This document shows positions 13,226 through 25,000 of a DNA stretch of 64,000 nucleotides, piece after piece. The position numbers and the translations under genes were made by a program. The notes under the pieces were generated by a model. The model saw only the letters and a program-made list of their open reading frames with translations. It was not told where the DNA came from and ran no database searches. Origin of the DNA: Guillardia theta CCMP2712. Lineage: Eukaryota; Protista; Cryptophyta. The first letter of the stretch is position 1, and every line of letters begins with the position of its first letter. The DNA lies in assembly GCF_000315625.1 (NCBI RefSeq), contig NW_005434525.1, positions 69,447 through 133,446 on the forward strand. The letters run 5' to 3'.

Positions 13226-14862
13226 TGTTTTCTGAGCCTCTGTACCGTACCGTAGTAGTACTACTGAGTCTGTACGGTAGTAGCTGGAAATTGGAAGCAG
13301 AATAGGTGAACGAATGGATGGTTGGCCCGCGCCGCGGCCGATGGCATTGAAAGCCATTCTGCAGTTACGATCCGTTACAATCATCACACAGGGAATTGAC
13401 CGGCAACCGCCTCCTCTAAAACTATTTTATTAATATAAGTATTTTTATTTGTCAGGCGGATCGTGACTCCATCACAGTTTTCCTCCTGACCCTACCCCCA
13501 CATTTCCCTCAAAATCAGGGGTACTTGAACATTTTGAAGAGTGCAAAAATACTTTTGACTACCCCACCCTTTCTCTACCAGTTCAATGAAGTACTCAAGA
13601 TAGTACAACCCCCTTCTGGTGTGGGAGATTCCATGGACTACCCCCTGGTCATAAATAAGGTTGAAGTTCTCCTGGGGAACGGACCCGTCCAATCACTTTA
13701 AGGCTACCTACCCCACCCTCCATCATATCCTGTGATTGATTTCAATTCGGAAACGCATTTGGAACCGGAAGACTTGAATATTTTAGATAACTTTCTCACT
13801 AAGTTTTGAAACTTTCATTGAATATTTGAAATTTTCTATGGAACTTCACCCTCTTTTTCGGAATTCCGGACACACGATCAAGGTCAAGCGACCGGGTGAG
13901 GGTGGTACAAGGGTAGGGTCCCAATTCTTGACGCCGCCCCCACATCAGAAAAGGTAGGGTGAATTTGAGAGAACTATAGGGGTGGTCAGACGGGGAGGGG
14001 GTGGGATCTAGGTGGGTGATGGGGTACCTGGATTTGAGGAGAAACGAAGAATGCAGATGGTCGGAAGAAGCGTGGAGGAGAGCAGTGAGAGGGAAGAGGA
14101 GGAGAGGAGGAGAGGAGGAGGGGAGGAGGGGAGGAGAGGATGAGTGAAATTATGTTGGGAATGTCAACATGAGACCACCAGGAATAGAGATGCCAAGAAA
14201 GATGGAGGGAAGTTGCGAAGGAAAGAGTCAACTCGAACAGTCGCTGAGTTGAGAAAGATGAAGGGACGGACGGCAAACCAACAGGTAGTCAGGCAAGAAG
14301 ACGAAGAATCGGACAGAATCGTTTGGACGAGAGAATCAATGTTGGTTGATAGCAATAGGAGAAGAGAGAATCAATGTTGGTTGATAGCGATAGGAAAAGA
14401 GAGAATCTATGTTGGTTGATCGCGATAGGAGAAGAGAGAATCTATGTTGGTTGATCGCGATAGGAGAAGAATTTTGGTGGAGTCGAGTAGACGAAGTGAA
14501 ACTAGGAGTTTTTCACTCGGACGTGGGTAGTATGGAAGGATGGTTGTGTGAGGAATGAAATGAAGTTGATTGCTTCGACGGAGTAGATGAATATCTGGAT
14601 TGAAATATAAAAATCACGATAGCAAAGATGTTGCGAGAAGATGCATTGATGACCTTTCATTCCTGTTGTTACTGAATGCACGTTGCTGATGTTGAGCTGA
14701 TACAATGTTCATGTTGTAGATTCATTAGTAGTTGGTATTTGCTGACATGACGAGATGTTTCAGGTCTGTGCCATGGAGCACTGGGAGTATACATCGAGGC
14801 TGTCTGGAAGTATTTGACTTCTTCTGAGAAATCGATCGTCGACTGTTGGCTTAGCTGTTGAC

Positions 14863-17517
14863 ATGCCGCTGCATTCTCTCCCGCGCTCCTTATGCCTCGT
14901 TGCCATCTTAGCTGCATCCGCCATGACATTCTTCTACAAGGACATGTACAGAGTGAAGCTGTTCACACAGTTTGTGCAGATGATCGCCGGATGTTTTGGA
15001 GCACTTATCTGTTTCCTCCGGCTGATGAAGGAGCGAGACATGTACTTGGAAGCTAAGCAGACGTTGCGGATCGCAGACGAGAGCCGCAAGCTAGTCCACT
15101 CGCTGATACCAGAGAATGTGATGACGAAGCTGGTGCATCATGGCAATGCTGGAGAATTCCTGGGTGCGAACATCCCCTTCTGCATCGTCATGTTCTGCTC
15201 TCTCGGCCCCCAGCACCTCCTCAAGTCCAAGACCTCTGCTGAGATCTTCGAGATCCTCGACCAGGTCTTCGAGAAGTTCGACGACGCAGTCGACCATCAC
15301 GGCATGTACAAGTATCAGAACGTCGGCGACTGGTACATCATCATGTGCCCTCGGGCAGCGAGGCCCTTCGACCAGAAGCTTCAGGCGGAGCCCTACCCGA
15401 GGAGTCACGTCCGGAGCATGGTCCACCTCGCCGCTGACCTCATCGGCATCGCCAAGAAGCATGATATCCAAGGAACAAAGCTCAACCTCAAGATCGGGAT
15501 GCACTGTGGGCCTGCAGCTGGGGCTGTGGTCGGTTCCCACAGAGCCTTCTACTGTGTCTACGGCGACACGACCAACACGGCAGCGCGCATGTGCAAGTAC
15601 GCGGCAGCGAACCAGATCCTGTGCACGTGCTCGTTCGCCAAGATCGCCGGGGGCTGCAAGGGGCTGCCGTTCGCGTTCGAGGCCAAGGGAATCATCTCAG
15701 TGAAGGGGAAGGGAGCTATGGAGCTGTTCGAAGTGAACGCGCGAGGCAGCGGCAACGTAGGGAAGGAGATGAAGAGGACCTTTACGCGCACGGTGAGCGT
15801 GCCGAACCCCTCGGAGAAGTGCGTCATGTTCAACAAGGAGCAGACGGTCCAGCTGGATGACATCAAGCCTACCTGGTTGGGATCCACCGCTGAGGAGGTG
15901 GCGGAGGAGACTGGGAGCAGCGGAGGACAGGGAGGGATCTCGAGCGACACGATTCCCTTCTGGACAAACTTCTCTGACTCGGATACTGAGGTCAGGTTCC
16001 TCCTTGATCAGGCGCGTGACCACTGGCTGTCCATCTCCGTTGGAGTGATTGTCCACGGATACGCCTTCCTAGCCGCCGTGGAGGACGCCATCTCAGCGCA
16101 GAGCTTGCAGCCCATTCACTACTTCACCCTCTACCTGCAGATTGCTTTGATCCTCGACTACTTCCTCTTCGTCCTCTTCTACATGATGCCGGAGCTTCAG
16201 TTCTGCCACAAGTTCGGTCACACGATCTTCTCGCTGCAGCTCATCGTCGCGGTCTCGAACGTCTTGGTCGGCGTCCAGTTTCGCCTGCTCCTCTGCTTTT
16301 ACTCCATCATCCAGTACTCTATCATTAACGTCGTTCTGACAGAATTCAAGAAGACCGACGCGGTCGCCGCCCTGATGTTTGTGGTGACTGCGCTGCTTCC
16401 CAGCTACAGGAGGGACCACGACTTCATTCTGCTCACCTCGTTGGCCGCGCTCACTTTGTCTCTCATCCTCACAATCTGGAAGTCCAAGTGCCTGGTGTAC
16501 AACGAGAGGGTTCGCTATCAGTACTACGAGTTCATCGAGCTGGAGCTGACCAGGATGAAGGAAGTGATCTACGACCTCGTGCCCTCCAACATCGTTCACC
16601 AGATGATCCGCAACACGCTGAAGCTTCCCTGCACCATGAGGAGAGCCGTTGTCCTCCAGCTCGACATCTGCAACTTCACAAGGATGTCGCAGGGAAGTTC
16701 AGCCATGGAGATCGCGCAGATGGTGCACAAACTGTTCTCCAGCTTCGATCAGGCGGTGATGAAGTACAAACTCTTCAAGATCGACACGGTCGGGGACGCC
16801 TACATCGTTGCTGGATGGCTGCCCTGCGACAGTGACTGGTCCATGAAGGAGGAGACGAGAGCTTCTTGCTCCTCCATTCTCAACCTCGCGCGCCTGATGC
16901 TGAGGGCTCTACGCAAGCATAACAGGGAGAGAGGAGGGAAGGAGGAGCTTAGCTGCCGTGTCGGCATAGCGGTGGGTCTGGTGGCGTCGGGGGTGCTGGG
17001 GAGGAGACACTCGCGGTTCTACGTGGTGGGGCAGGCGATGAGGGAGGTCGACCTGCTGGAGCAGACGGCCCTGATCAACAACGTTCACGTCAGTGACAAG
17101 TTCATGCACGGCCTCGGCTTCCTCCTCTCCTCCTCCTCCTCCCACCATCACGACGACCGCGGGAGGTCGCCGCTGTCGGAGAGAGCCAGAAACCGCTGCA
17201 GGAGCGTGTCTCCCGTGCGAGCTCGGGAGGTGGAGCGGCACAAGGACGTGAAGGTGGAGGTGAAGAGGTCGAGGGGACGGAGGAAGAGCACAGCACAGCT
17301 CGAGTCGTTCAACCAGACAGCATGGACGCTCGAGAAGGAGTACGGGTGGACATGCACGGACTCGCCGTCATCGTCGAGGTTCGAGCAGGCGGTGCGGGAG
17401 CATCGCTTCGAATTCACCAGGGACGTCGTGGAGAAAACGAGGAACCTTGACGCGCCGATGCAGACAAGCTACATGCTCTCTTGCCGCTCCCTCGACGACA
17501 ACCTCCAGGGCTCCTGA
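14863..17517 (+). CDS. Membrane class III adenylyl/guanylyl cyclase with two cyclase domains (TM-C1-TM-C2); true 5' end may lie upstream
   Basis: KYQNVGDWY..LKIGMHCGPAAGAVVG..YCVYGDTTNTAARM..ISVKGKG (C1); hydrophobic TM block; LDICNFT..KIDTVGDAY..CRVGIAVGLVASGVLG..FYVVGQ (C2). Confidence 0.9.
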   Translation: MPLHSLPRSLCLVAILAASAMTFFYKDMYRVKLFTQFVQMIAGCFGALICFLRLMKERDMYLEAKQTLRIADESRKLVHSLIPENVMTKLVHHGNAGEFLGANIPFCIVMFCSLGPQHLLKSKTSAEIFEILDQVFEKFDDAVDHHGMYKYQNVGDWYIIMCPRAARPFDQKLQAEPYPRSHVRSMVHLAADLIGIAKKHDIQGTKLNLKIGMHCGPAAGAVVGSHRAFYCVYGDTTNTAARMCKYAAANQILCTCSFAKIAGGCKGLPFAFEAKGIISVKGKGAMELFEVNARGSGNVGKEMKRTFTRTVSVPNPSEKCVMFNKEQTVQLDDIKPTWLGSTAEEVAEETGSSGGQGGISSDTIPFWTNFSDSDTEVRFLLDQARDHWLSISVGVIVHGYAFLAAVEDAISAQSLQPIHYFTLYLQIALILDYFLFVLFYMMPELQFCHKFGHTIFSLQLIVAVSNVLVGVQFRLLLCFYSIIQYSIINVVLTEFKKTDAVAALMFVVTALLPSYRRDHDFILLTSLAALTLSLILTIWKSKCLVYNERVRYQYYEFIELELTRMKEVIYDLVPSNIVHQMIRNTLKLPCTMRRAVVLQLDICNFTRMSQGSSAMEIAQMVHKLFSSFDQAVMKYKLFKIDTVGDAYIVAGWLPCDSDWSMKEETRASCSSILNLARLMLRALRKHNRERGGKEELSCRVGIAVGLVASGVLGRRHSRFYVVGQAMREVDLLEQTALINNVHVSDKFMHGLGFLLSSSSSHHHDDRGRSPLSERARNRCRSVSPVRAREVERHKDVKVEVKRSRGRRKSTAQLESFNQTAWTLEKEYGWTCTDSPSSSRFEQAVREHRFEFTRDVVEKTRNLDAPMQTSYMLSCRSLDDNLQGS

Positions 17518-17842
17518 AGCTTCCGCGCTTGCCGGCCACTCTCCTCCTCCTCCTCTTCCTCCTCCTTCTCTTCCTCCTCCTCCTCAGCTCCCACCCACCC
17601 ATCCCTTCTCAGGTCTCTGCCATCTCGTTTCTGCTGTATTCTCACAGTTACCTCCTCTGTCCTGGATTGCTGTACAAGTAAAAGGAAGGGGATGAGATTG
17701 TTTGAATTCAAAACATGTTCATAACATGACAAAAACAAAATTAAGTCAAGTTGTCTTAAACTTGCATCTTCACACTTGGTAGTCCTTCATGTCAGTTGTG
17801 TCCTCCTCCTGGTTCCCAGCATCCCTACAGGCTCCTCTGCAT

Positions 17843-19547
17843 CTAACGGATCCACATCCGAGGCTTGCCTGCCTCTGCCTCTCCTCGCTTTCCTTTCTTG
17901 TAGTAGAGCACTGCAAGCTGAGTCATCTTGCTCAGCGTGTTGGGATGGTGATCGCCCAGCAGCTCCCGGCACTTGGCGATGCTCTCCAGCAGGAGAGGTT
18001 CAGCTTCTTCCAGCTTCTCCTGTTCCACATACACACCAGCGAGGCTGTCCATGCACACAAGGAGCAGCGATCCTCCTCCTCCTAGCGCTGCCTCTCGCAG
18101 TCTCTTCATGCTTTCCAACAGCAGAGGCTCTGCCTCCTCCATCCTCCTCTGCCTCACATACAGCTTGGCGAGTGCGATCATGTCCTCTACCGTGTGCGGA
18201 TGGTCCTCCCCCTCCGCCGCCCGCACCCTCCTCAAGCTCTCCAGCAGCAGCGGCTCCGCCTCCTCGTACCTCTCCTGGCTCTGGTAGAGAGCTGCGAGGC
18301 TCCGCATACTCATCAGCATGTCCGGGTGGTCGTCACCGCCAGCGTCTCGAAGCTTCTTCATGCTGTCCTGCACCAGCCCCTCTGCCACCTCGAACCTTCC
18401 TTGCTTTGCGTACAGGGCGGCAAGAGACCTCAGGCTCCTCCTCGTGATCGAGTGCTGCTCACCGAGAGTTGCCCTGCTCGCCTCCACGCATCCCTGGTAG
18501 ACGCTTTCAGCGTCATCTTCTCTTCCTTGGACGACGTGGAGGCTTGCGAGGTTCAGCTGGTGGCTCAGAGCAAGGGCTCCATCCTCCTTCTCCCTCACTT
18601 TCTGCTCCTCCTCGCCCTTGTCAATGCACCTCTTGAGGACCGGCTCTGCTTCCTCGAAGCTTCCTCTGCTGAAGTAGAAGTCTGCAAGCCCGATCAAACT
18701 TTCCAGCGTGAGCTCCTCCCTGCCCACCCCCTCAAGAAAGATCTTGCACGTCTGCAGAAGGGGTTCAGCCTCCTCGTACTTCCCTTCGAGGACCAGCAGG
18801 ATCGCAAGCTTGCGGGCCAACTCCCTGCTCAGCTCGTCTTCTTCCCCAGTCTCCTCCTTCCTCTTCATGTAGCTCTCCTTGTACAGCTGCTCTGCATCCT
18901 CCAGCCTTCCCTGCATCTTGTACAGGTCTGCGAGCTTCATCCTTCGCTCCACCTGGTCTCCATCCTCTACCCGCAGGAGTTTTTCCTCGGCAGTTCGAAC
19001 GAGCCAGTCCCTCATTCGCTCCTGCACCAGCTGATTCATCCCTGCGATGCCGTCGACCTCCTTCCTGACCATGGCGAGGATAAGTTCCTTGTCCTCCTCC
19101 TCCGACGTCTCGCTCCTCTCCACGTCGATCTCTCCGATCATCTTCGTGTACGACTCAAGTGGCAGCTCCTCCCACAGCCTCTTCTCATCCTCTTCGCTCA
19201 TCGCCACCTCGAGCTTGCTTCCTGTCCTTGCTGTGAGGAACAGCTCGAAGAGACACCAGCTGCGCGCGAGGGGAAGGGGATGGTCCCAGGGAGTGAGCAC
19301 GAGCACGGTCCTCTTCGTCTCCGCAAAATTGGAGCTCCAGCCTTGCAGCGGAGACTTGGGAGACTGATGCTGGTTGATGCTGAAGAGATCAAACCAGAGG
19401 AAGGGAGAGGAGGAAGAGGAGCGAAAGTGCTCTTCAAGACTCTGCACCACATGCAGGAAGTTCTCCTTCCATGCGTGCGAGATAATAACTTGCGCTCGTC
19501 CCACTCCGCTGCTCCCTTCTTGCTCAAGCAGCTCACAGAATGAAACC

Positions 19548-19619
<72 letters not shown>

Positions 19620-19744
19620 CCCTTGCCGGTCATCTTCTTCAAATGTCGCTCACACACTTCTGCCGTGCTCAACCCCAGCAACGCGCTCTCTCCTCCGCAG
19701 CGCAAGATGAAGTCATGGAAGGCTTCTAGCCGAAGGCCGAGCAT
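17843..19744 (-). CDS. Kinesin-light-chain-type TPR repeat protein with an N-terminal HET/TIR-like 'SHAW' domain
   Basis: IISHAW..FLWFDLFSINQH..RSWCLFE followed by ~42-aa repeats LA.LY..QGRYEEAEPL....L.......G.DHP. Confidence 0.85.
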
Positions 19745-20613
19745 GGGGTAAGGGAGCGGCGCTGCAAGGAAAGAATCAGACGTTGACAGCCTGAGCGCGA
19801 GGAGGAAAGAGCGAAGGGAGAGCGATGAAGGGAAGGATAAGGATGAGGGGGAGGATAAGGAAGGATACTAGGAGTAGAAGGATGAGGGGGAGGATAAGAA
19901 AGGATACTAGGAGTAGAAGGAGAAGGTAAGGCATGGCATGGCAAGCCAAAGGGAGAGGAGAGGGCCAAGACAGAGGATACATGCCTGCCTTATCGTGCTC
20001 GCTGGTAGCGGGAGGCAGTGAGATAGCGCGAAAATCAGCGACGTTAGCAGCCGAGGAGGAGCAATGTGGAGGGAGCGAGGTGGGCGAGAGAGGACGAGGG
20101 GAAGGAGGGACGGCAGTCCACGTTGATCGTGATGATATACATGCACCCATTTTCTTCTTCCTGTTTCAAAAATTCCTTCTTGTGAATCGCAACCAAGAAA
20201 GGTTTTTGCAATGATATTGCCTTTCTGTTTCGTTCTCCGTTTTGGGTCGAATTGTACTACTATCCTCTTTTCTCTGTTCTTGTTGTCGTGTTGTCTTGTT
20301 GTCTTGTTGTCTTGTTGTCTTGTTGTCTTGTTGTCTTGTTGTCGTCCAATCAAAGTTACGCCATGGAGTAATCCGCCCCTTGGTTTGCACCTACAAAAAA
20401 CAGGCTTGTAACTTACATCGAAACATGTGTAACGGAAAATTATACCGGTTCCTGTGTAAGTAAAGATATCAGTTAATTTCTGGGACAGCAGTCGGTAAGA
20501 TAGGGTTGGTCCTCTCTGTCTTGAAATTCTCTTCTTTTCAAGAGGACAGTAGGGAATCCTTTCTGTCAAGTGAACAGCCTGCTGAACGAGGCCGTCACGA
20601 GCCTCTTCGAGGA

Positions 20614-21750
20614 CATGGACCAGGTGGACAGCGTGATCAAGGGCAGAAGACCTTCGGAGAGATCCAGATCGAGGGGATGCTTGAGAAGGTGCGAGAGAAG
20701 ATGGGCAGGTCAGACGCGTACATGCGACTCTTAGTCACCATCTGCTTCAAGATAGATCTTTGTCTCCTTCAAGATCGAGATCTCCGTTATCAACCTCCTG
20801 CTCGGCAAGGCTCTCCCCACTGGGGTCAGGAGGCTACACAAACTCAGGGAATCAAGCTGAGGGATCCTCTCTACTCTTGGTGACCCTACCGCTCTACTCT
20901 CACATCATTTTCAGCGATCCTGTCTGTTGCAATGGCAACTGTGATACGATGTGCCTCATGGCTGCGAGTGCCGCGGTCATGATGAGATGATAGTGACGGG
21001 TGTTCCTTCGTCTCCAAGTACGGGCTCAACGGAACCATCAAGGTGCAAGACTCCATCACTGGAGCAGAAGAGCTGCTGAACAAGATCAGGCTAATGTCGC
21101 AACGCTCTCGGTGCGATGACCGGCTGGCAGGTCAAATTCTGCAGCACCTTCCCCGATCCCTTTACCTACTCCTTCGAGCCCCTGTACTCCCCCAACAACT
21201 TGAAGCAGATCCAGCTGGCCGGGGAGCCATGCGAGCAGACGAGCGCTCGGAGAGCTGTCAAGCAGAAGGCGGCAGAGCATCAGCAATCTGTGCGGTAAAG
21301 GCTGCGAGGAAAGAGGAAGCATGATGATGATGTTGTTGTTGATGATGATGATGGAGAGCAGAAGTGATCCTGAGGGCATGGAGAAAGTTGACAAGAGCAA
21401 GGAAGATGTGGGTCAGGAGAAGGCTCAAAGATTTGATTCTAAGGGTCAAGACCTTGCGAAGCACAACGAGTTGAGAGATGTCCATTGTTGTCAAACTTAC
21501 ACGTCACTGTCTGGAGCAATCGTGATTCCTGGGGATGTTTACTACTACATCCAGCCGGATAGAGCCGACATTGTCAACCTAAGGCTTCGACTACTTGCAA
21601 CTGTCATATTGCCAGAATAATCGCTACGACTGCTACTATTCTTCAAGCACTTCACTTTGTGGAACCATGCAGGACATTCCTGGGACCTTTACGAAGTGGA
21701 TCGTATCTAAGCACGTCACGGGAAAGGTCGTCGTGTGCAATACTTGATCA
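20614..21750 (+). CDS. Probable multi-exon hypothetical protein
   Basis: Coding-like segments (DSDGCSFVSKYGLNGTIKVQDSITG; QVKFCSTFPDPFTYSFEPLYSPNNLKQIQLAG) separated by short GT..AG spans; no recognisable domain. Confidence 0.35.
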
Positions 21751-22019
21751 GATGGAAAGGTTATGATATGATAGTACTGCTTCTAATTCTTGGTTGTCTT
21801 TCCGTGAATTGAAGACGCCATTTCTTCGTCAATTGATGCGTGAGTTTAATTCGACTCATTCTAATTCCTTACGCGGTCACGTATACTTCAGTCTCATTGA
21901 TCCTGTCGGTTTGATCATAAATCTTTTCTAATTTTCTAAACTTTCAGCGACCGCGGTAGTGTTGAGGTTTCTGTTTGCTTGCTTAACGGAAGATGGCAAG
22001 TTGGTTCAAGTTCACAGAG

Positions 22020-25000
22020 TCAAGGTAGATCATCAGGGTTGTCAATCCCTAACAGTATCTTTGACTGCAGCCGGCTGATACGATCAAGAATGCTGTCGAG
22101 CAGGCGCTTTTGACGATGTAACGACCTGAGAAACGGGTGCTCCACCTGGCCCACGCATGTCAAGGCCATGTCAACCACAAGGAAACAAGCAACCTCGTGA
22201 AATACGACGCCTCCCCGGTAAACCCTCGCTTGCACTGCTGCCACCAGCGCCTCCAGCCCTGACACATGCAAACCACCATGGTCCTTCTCTTTCTGCTGTT
22301 GCTCTTGCTGCTCCCTCTTCGCTTCAATCTTCAAGGGCTTCGAGAATGACGCGAGAAACTCCCAGTCGACCTTGACCTCTTTGGCAGCTTCACTTGTCTC
22401 CTCTAGCTCCGCAATTCTCTTCCACCAGTCTTCACCCTCCTTGTCGCCCTTCCAGCCTGACTCTGACTCCAAGTCCTTTGAGTCTGGACTTGCTTCATAC
22501 AGCACCGGCACCAAGACAGGGATGATGTACTTCCCTGCCTTACACGCCCGAGCAAACTCCCTCCTGCAGTTGCCGCTCTTAACGTACTTGTCGCTCATGA
22601 AGACCACAAACACCTCGCAGCGAGACACTCCCTGCTCCATCTTCTGCATGTGATCTTCCCCGTGGTCGATCCCTCCCTCCACGTCGAACCAGCACTGCAG
22701 GCTCGTCTGCTCTTCGATCCGCCGCTTCACCTCCCTCACCATCTTCTGCGTCGAGTTGTCGTGCCCCCAATTGTAGCTCAAGAACACCTGAGGCGGCGTG
22801 ACGTCCAGCACGTCCATCTCCCTCTGACATTGATTGCAGTAAATCTTAGCCGTTAGATCGCGAGCGAGCATGCTCAAGCACGTGGGTCGGCTGAAGAAGT
22901 GCGGGACTCTCTTGTCCTTCAAGCACGACGGACACGGGGAGCTCGAGTCATTGAAAGCCAGCACCTCCTTCACGGTTGTCGTATGACCCCTTGTGCAAGT
23001 GATTGCTTTGATCATGATCTTTTGTTTGATGACATCTTCTTGCTCCAGCTCTTGCTGCATGTCTGTCATACCATTGGTTTCTTTGTCCAGTGCTTCCTTG
23101 ATCTCCGACGGATCGAACCTGCCCACGGCTCTAACGCCTTGTGAGGCAGGTTGAGACTCAGACCTATCATGCAAGCAAGCTTGGCACAGAAGCTCGTTCT
23201 GACTGGTGACATCGTACAAGTCTTCGAAACTTCCCCGTCCCTGATGAAGCTTCTTGATGATGCCGTCGTACAACGTTCGCATAGATTTTTCATATTCGGA
23301 TACTTTGTCTTTCGATACTTCATCTTTCTTCTTGTACTGATGGAAGATCCTGTATCGCTCCATCCCTTGTATCTCCCGCGGCCACCACTCGTTGAACCTG
23401 TTCCTCGGCTTGATGTGCTTGTCGTAGTAGTCTGTCAATACGACGGGGATGATAATTGCTTTGCTAGCTGTCAATCTGTTCCATGGCTTGCTGAAGCTAC
23501 TTTCTCCTTGCATGGCTCCCTGCTCATCAACACACTCTGTCGATATACACAAGATGTTCACGAGACATTCATCACCAGCATCTCCACGTTCGTCACATGG
23601 ATGAATCTGACAAGTAAGACCTAGAGGGAGGTTCTCCGCCTCGTAAAGCTCCTTCACCTTTCTTTCAATATCCAGCCCACATGCTCTTGACCTCTCTCCT
23701 TGCGTGAAGATCCCAACCTGCACGGCCTCCTTGCCTGAGCTCTCCTCGTTGCTTCTCCTTCGCTTCATCCCCGGGAAGAACGCCTCGAGTCGCCTCAAGT
23801 CCTCTTGCAAGTTCTCGATCTGCTGCCTCGTCGACGCGTCAGCCCTCAGCACGTGCTTGTCATTGTCTTCCCGCCAGCTCACCAGCAGCGTCCGGCCCCA
23901 GCCCTTCATCACCGCCATAGAGCCGCTGCAGTCTACCTCAAAGTGTCGAGCAGCGCACAGCACGACCAGCCTGTCGATGAAGCCCGCGGGGAAGATGTTG
24001 TACTCGCGCTCCACAGATGCGCACAGCGACTGCTTGTCCTTGTCCGTCACTGCCCGCTTGTGCTCATGCGTGAACGACGGGATGATGCCGGGACACAGCA
24101 GCTCTCTGCTCTTGTTGTCTGTATCCTTCAAGTCCTTCATCCCCACGCCCAGGAAGTGCGCCAGATCGCAGCCCCGAAGCAGAGCCACCGCCTCCTGCAC
24201 CTCCACATGGCGCTTGATGAAGCCTACCTCTTCCGATCTTGATGTCTTGTCTGTCTTCGCATTGCGCCAGAAGTCGCTGTCTCGCTGGGGCCACAGGTAC
24301 TCCAACATGTCCTCGTCTATGATACCCAGGTGTAGCAGCTTCTTCGTCTTCTTGGACTTGGTTGGGTCCTGCTGGAAGCAGTCGAGTAGGTGCTCCCAGT
24401 CATGTCGCATCACGCCCTTGAACACGTCGATCATCCACACGGGATCGATAAAGACCGTGTCCTCGACGGAGTACTTGCCTTGGTCTCTCTTGCTTTCATC
24501 CGCACTCAGCTCATGACCGAAGTACTTGAGCACGCCCATGTCGTGCAAGAAGCTCGTTGCCACCTTTTGCTCCTTTTCGTTGACCCCTGACTCTCTCAAC
24601 ATCTCCTTGTACTCCTCTACCTTGACGTACGAGACAGGTTCTGACTTACGCTTCTCCACAGCCTCTCTCAGTCTCAGATAAGGTCCAGGGATTTTTTCCT
24701 GCCACCACAGCAGCTCTTTTGCAGTCTTGCACACAGATTGCCGCAGCTCCTTCACTCCCTGTCCCTCAAGACAGTTCACCCGGAAGCTCTCGCCTCCATT
24801 GATAACGTGCAACGGCAGGATGTTCTCGTCTTCCTCCTCTGCCATCTTCTTCAGCTCCTCTTCCACACATGCCTTCACCTTCTCACACTGATCCGTCACC
24901 TCGCTCTCCCCGGCAAGATCGATGTGCGTTACTACGAGCAACACACTCGCTCCCGGCACTCGCGCTTGCGTAGCTCGCAGCCATGTCGAGATCATCTTCT

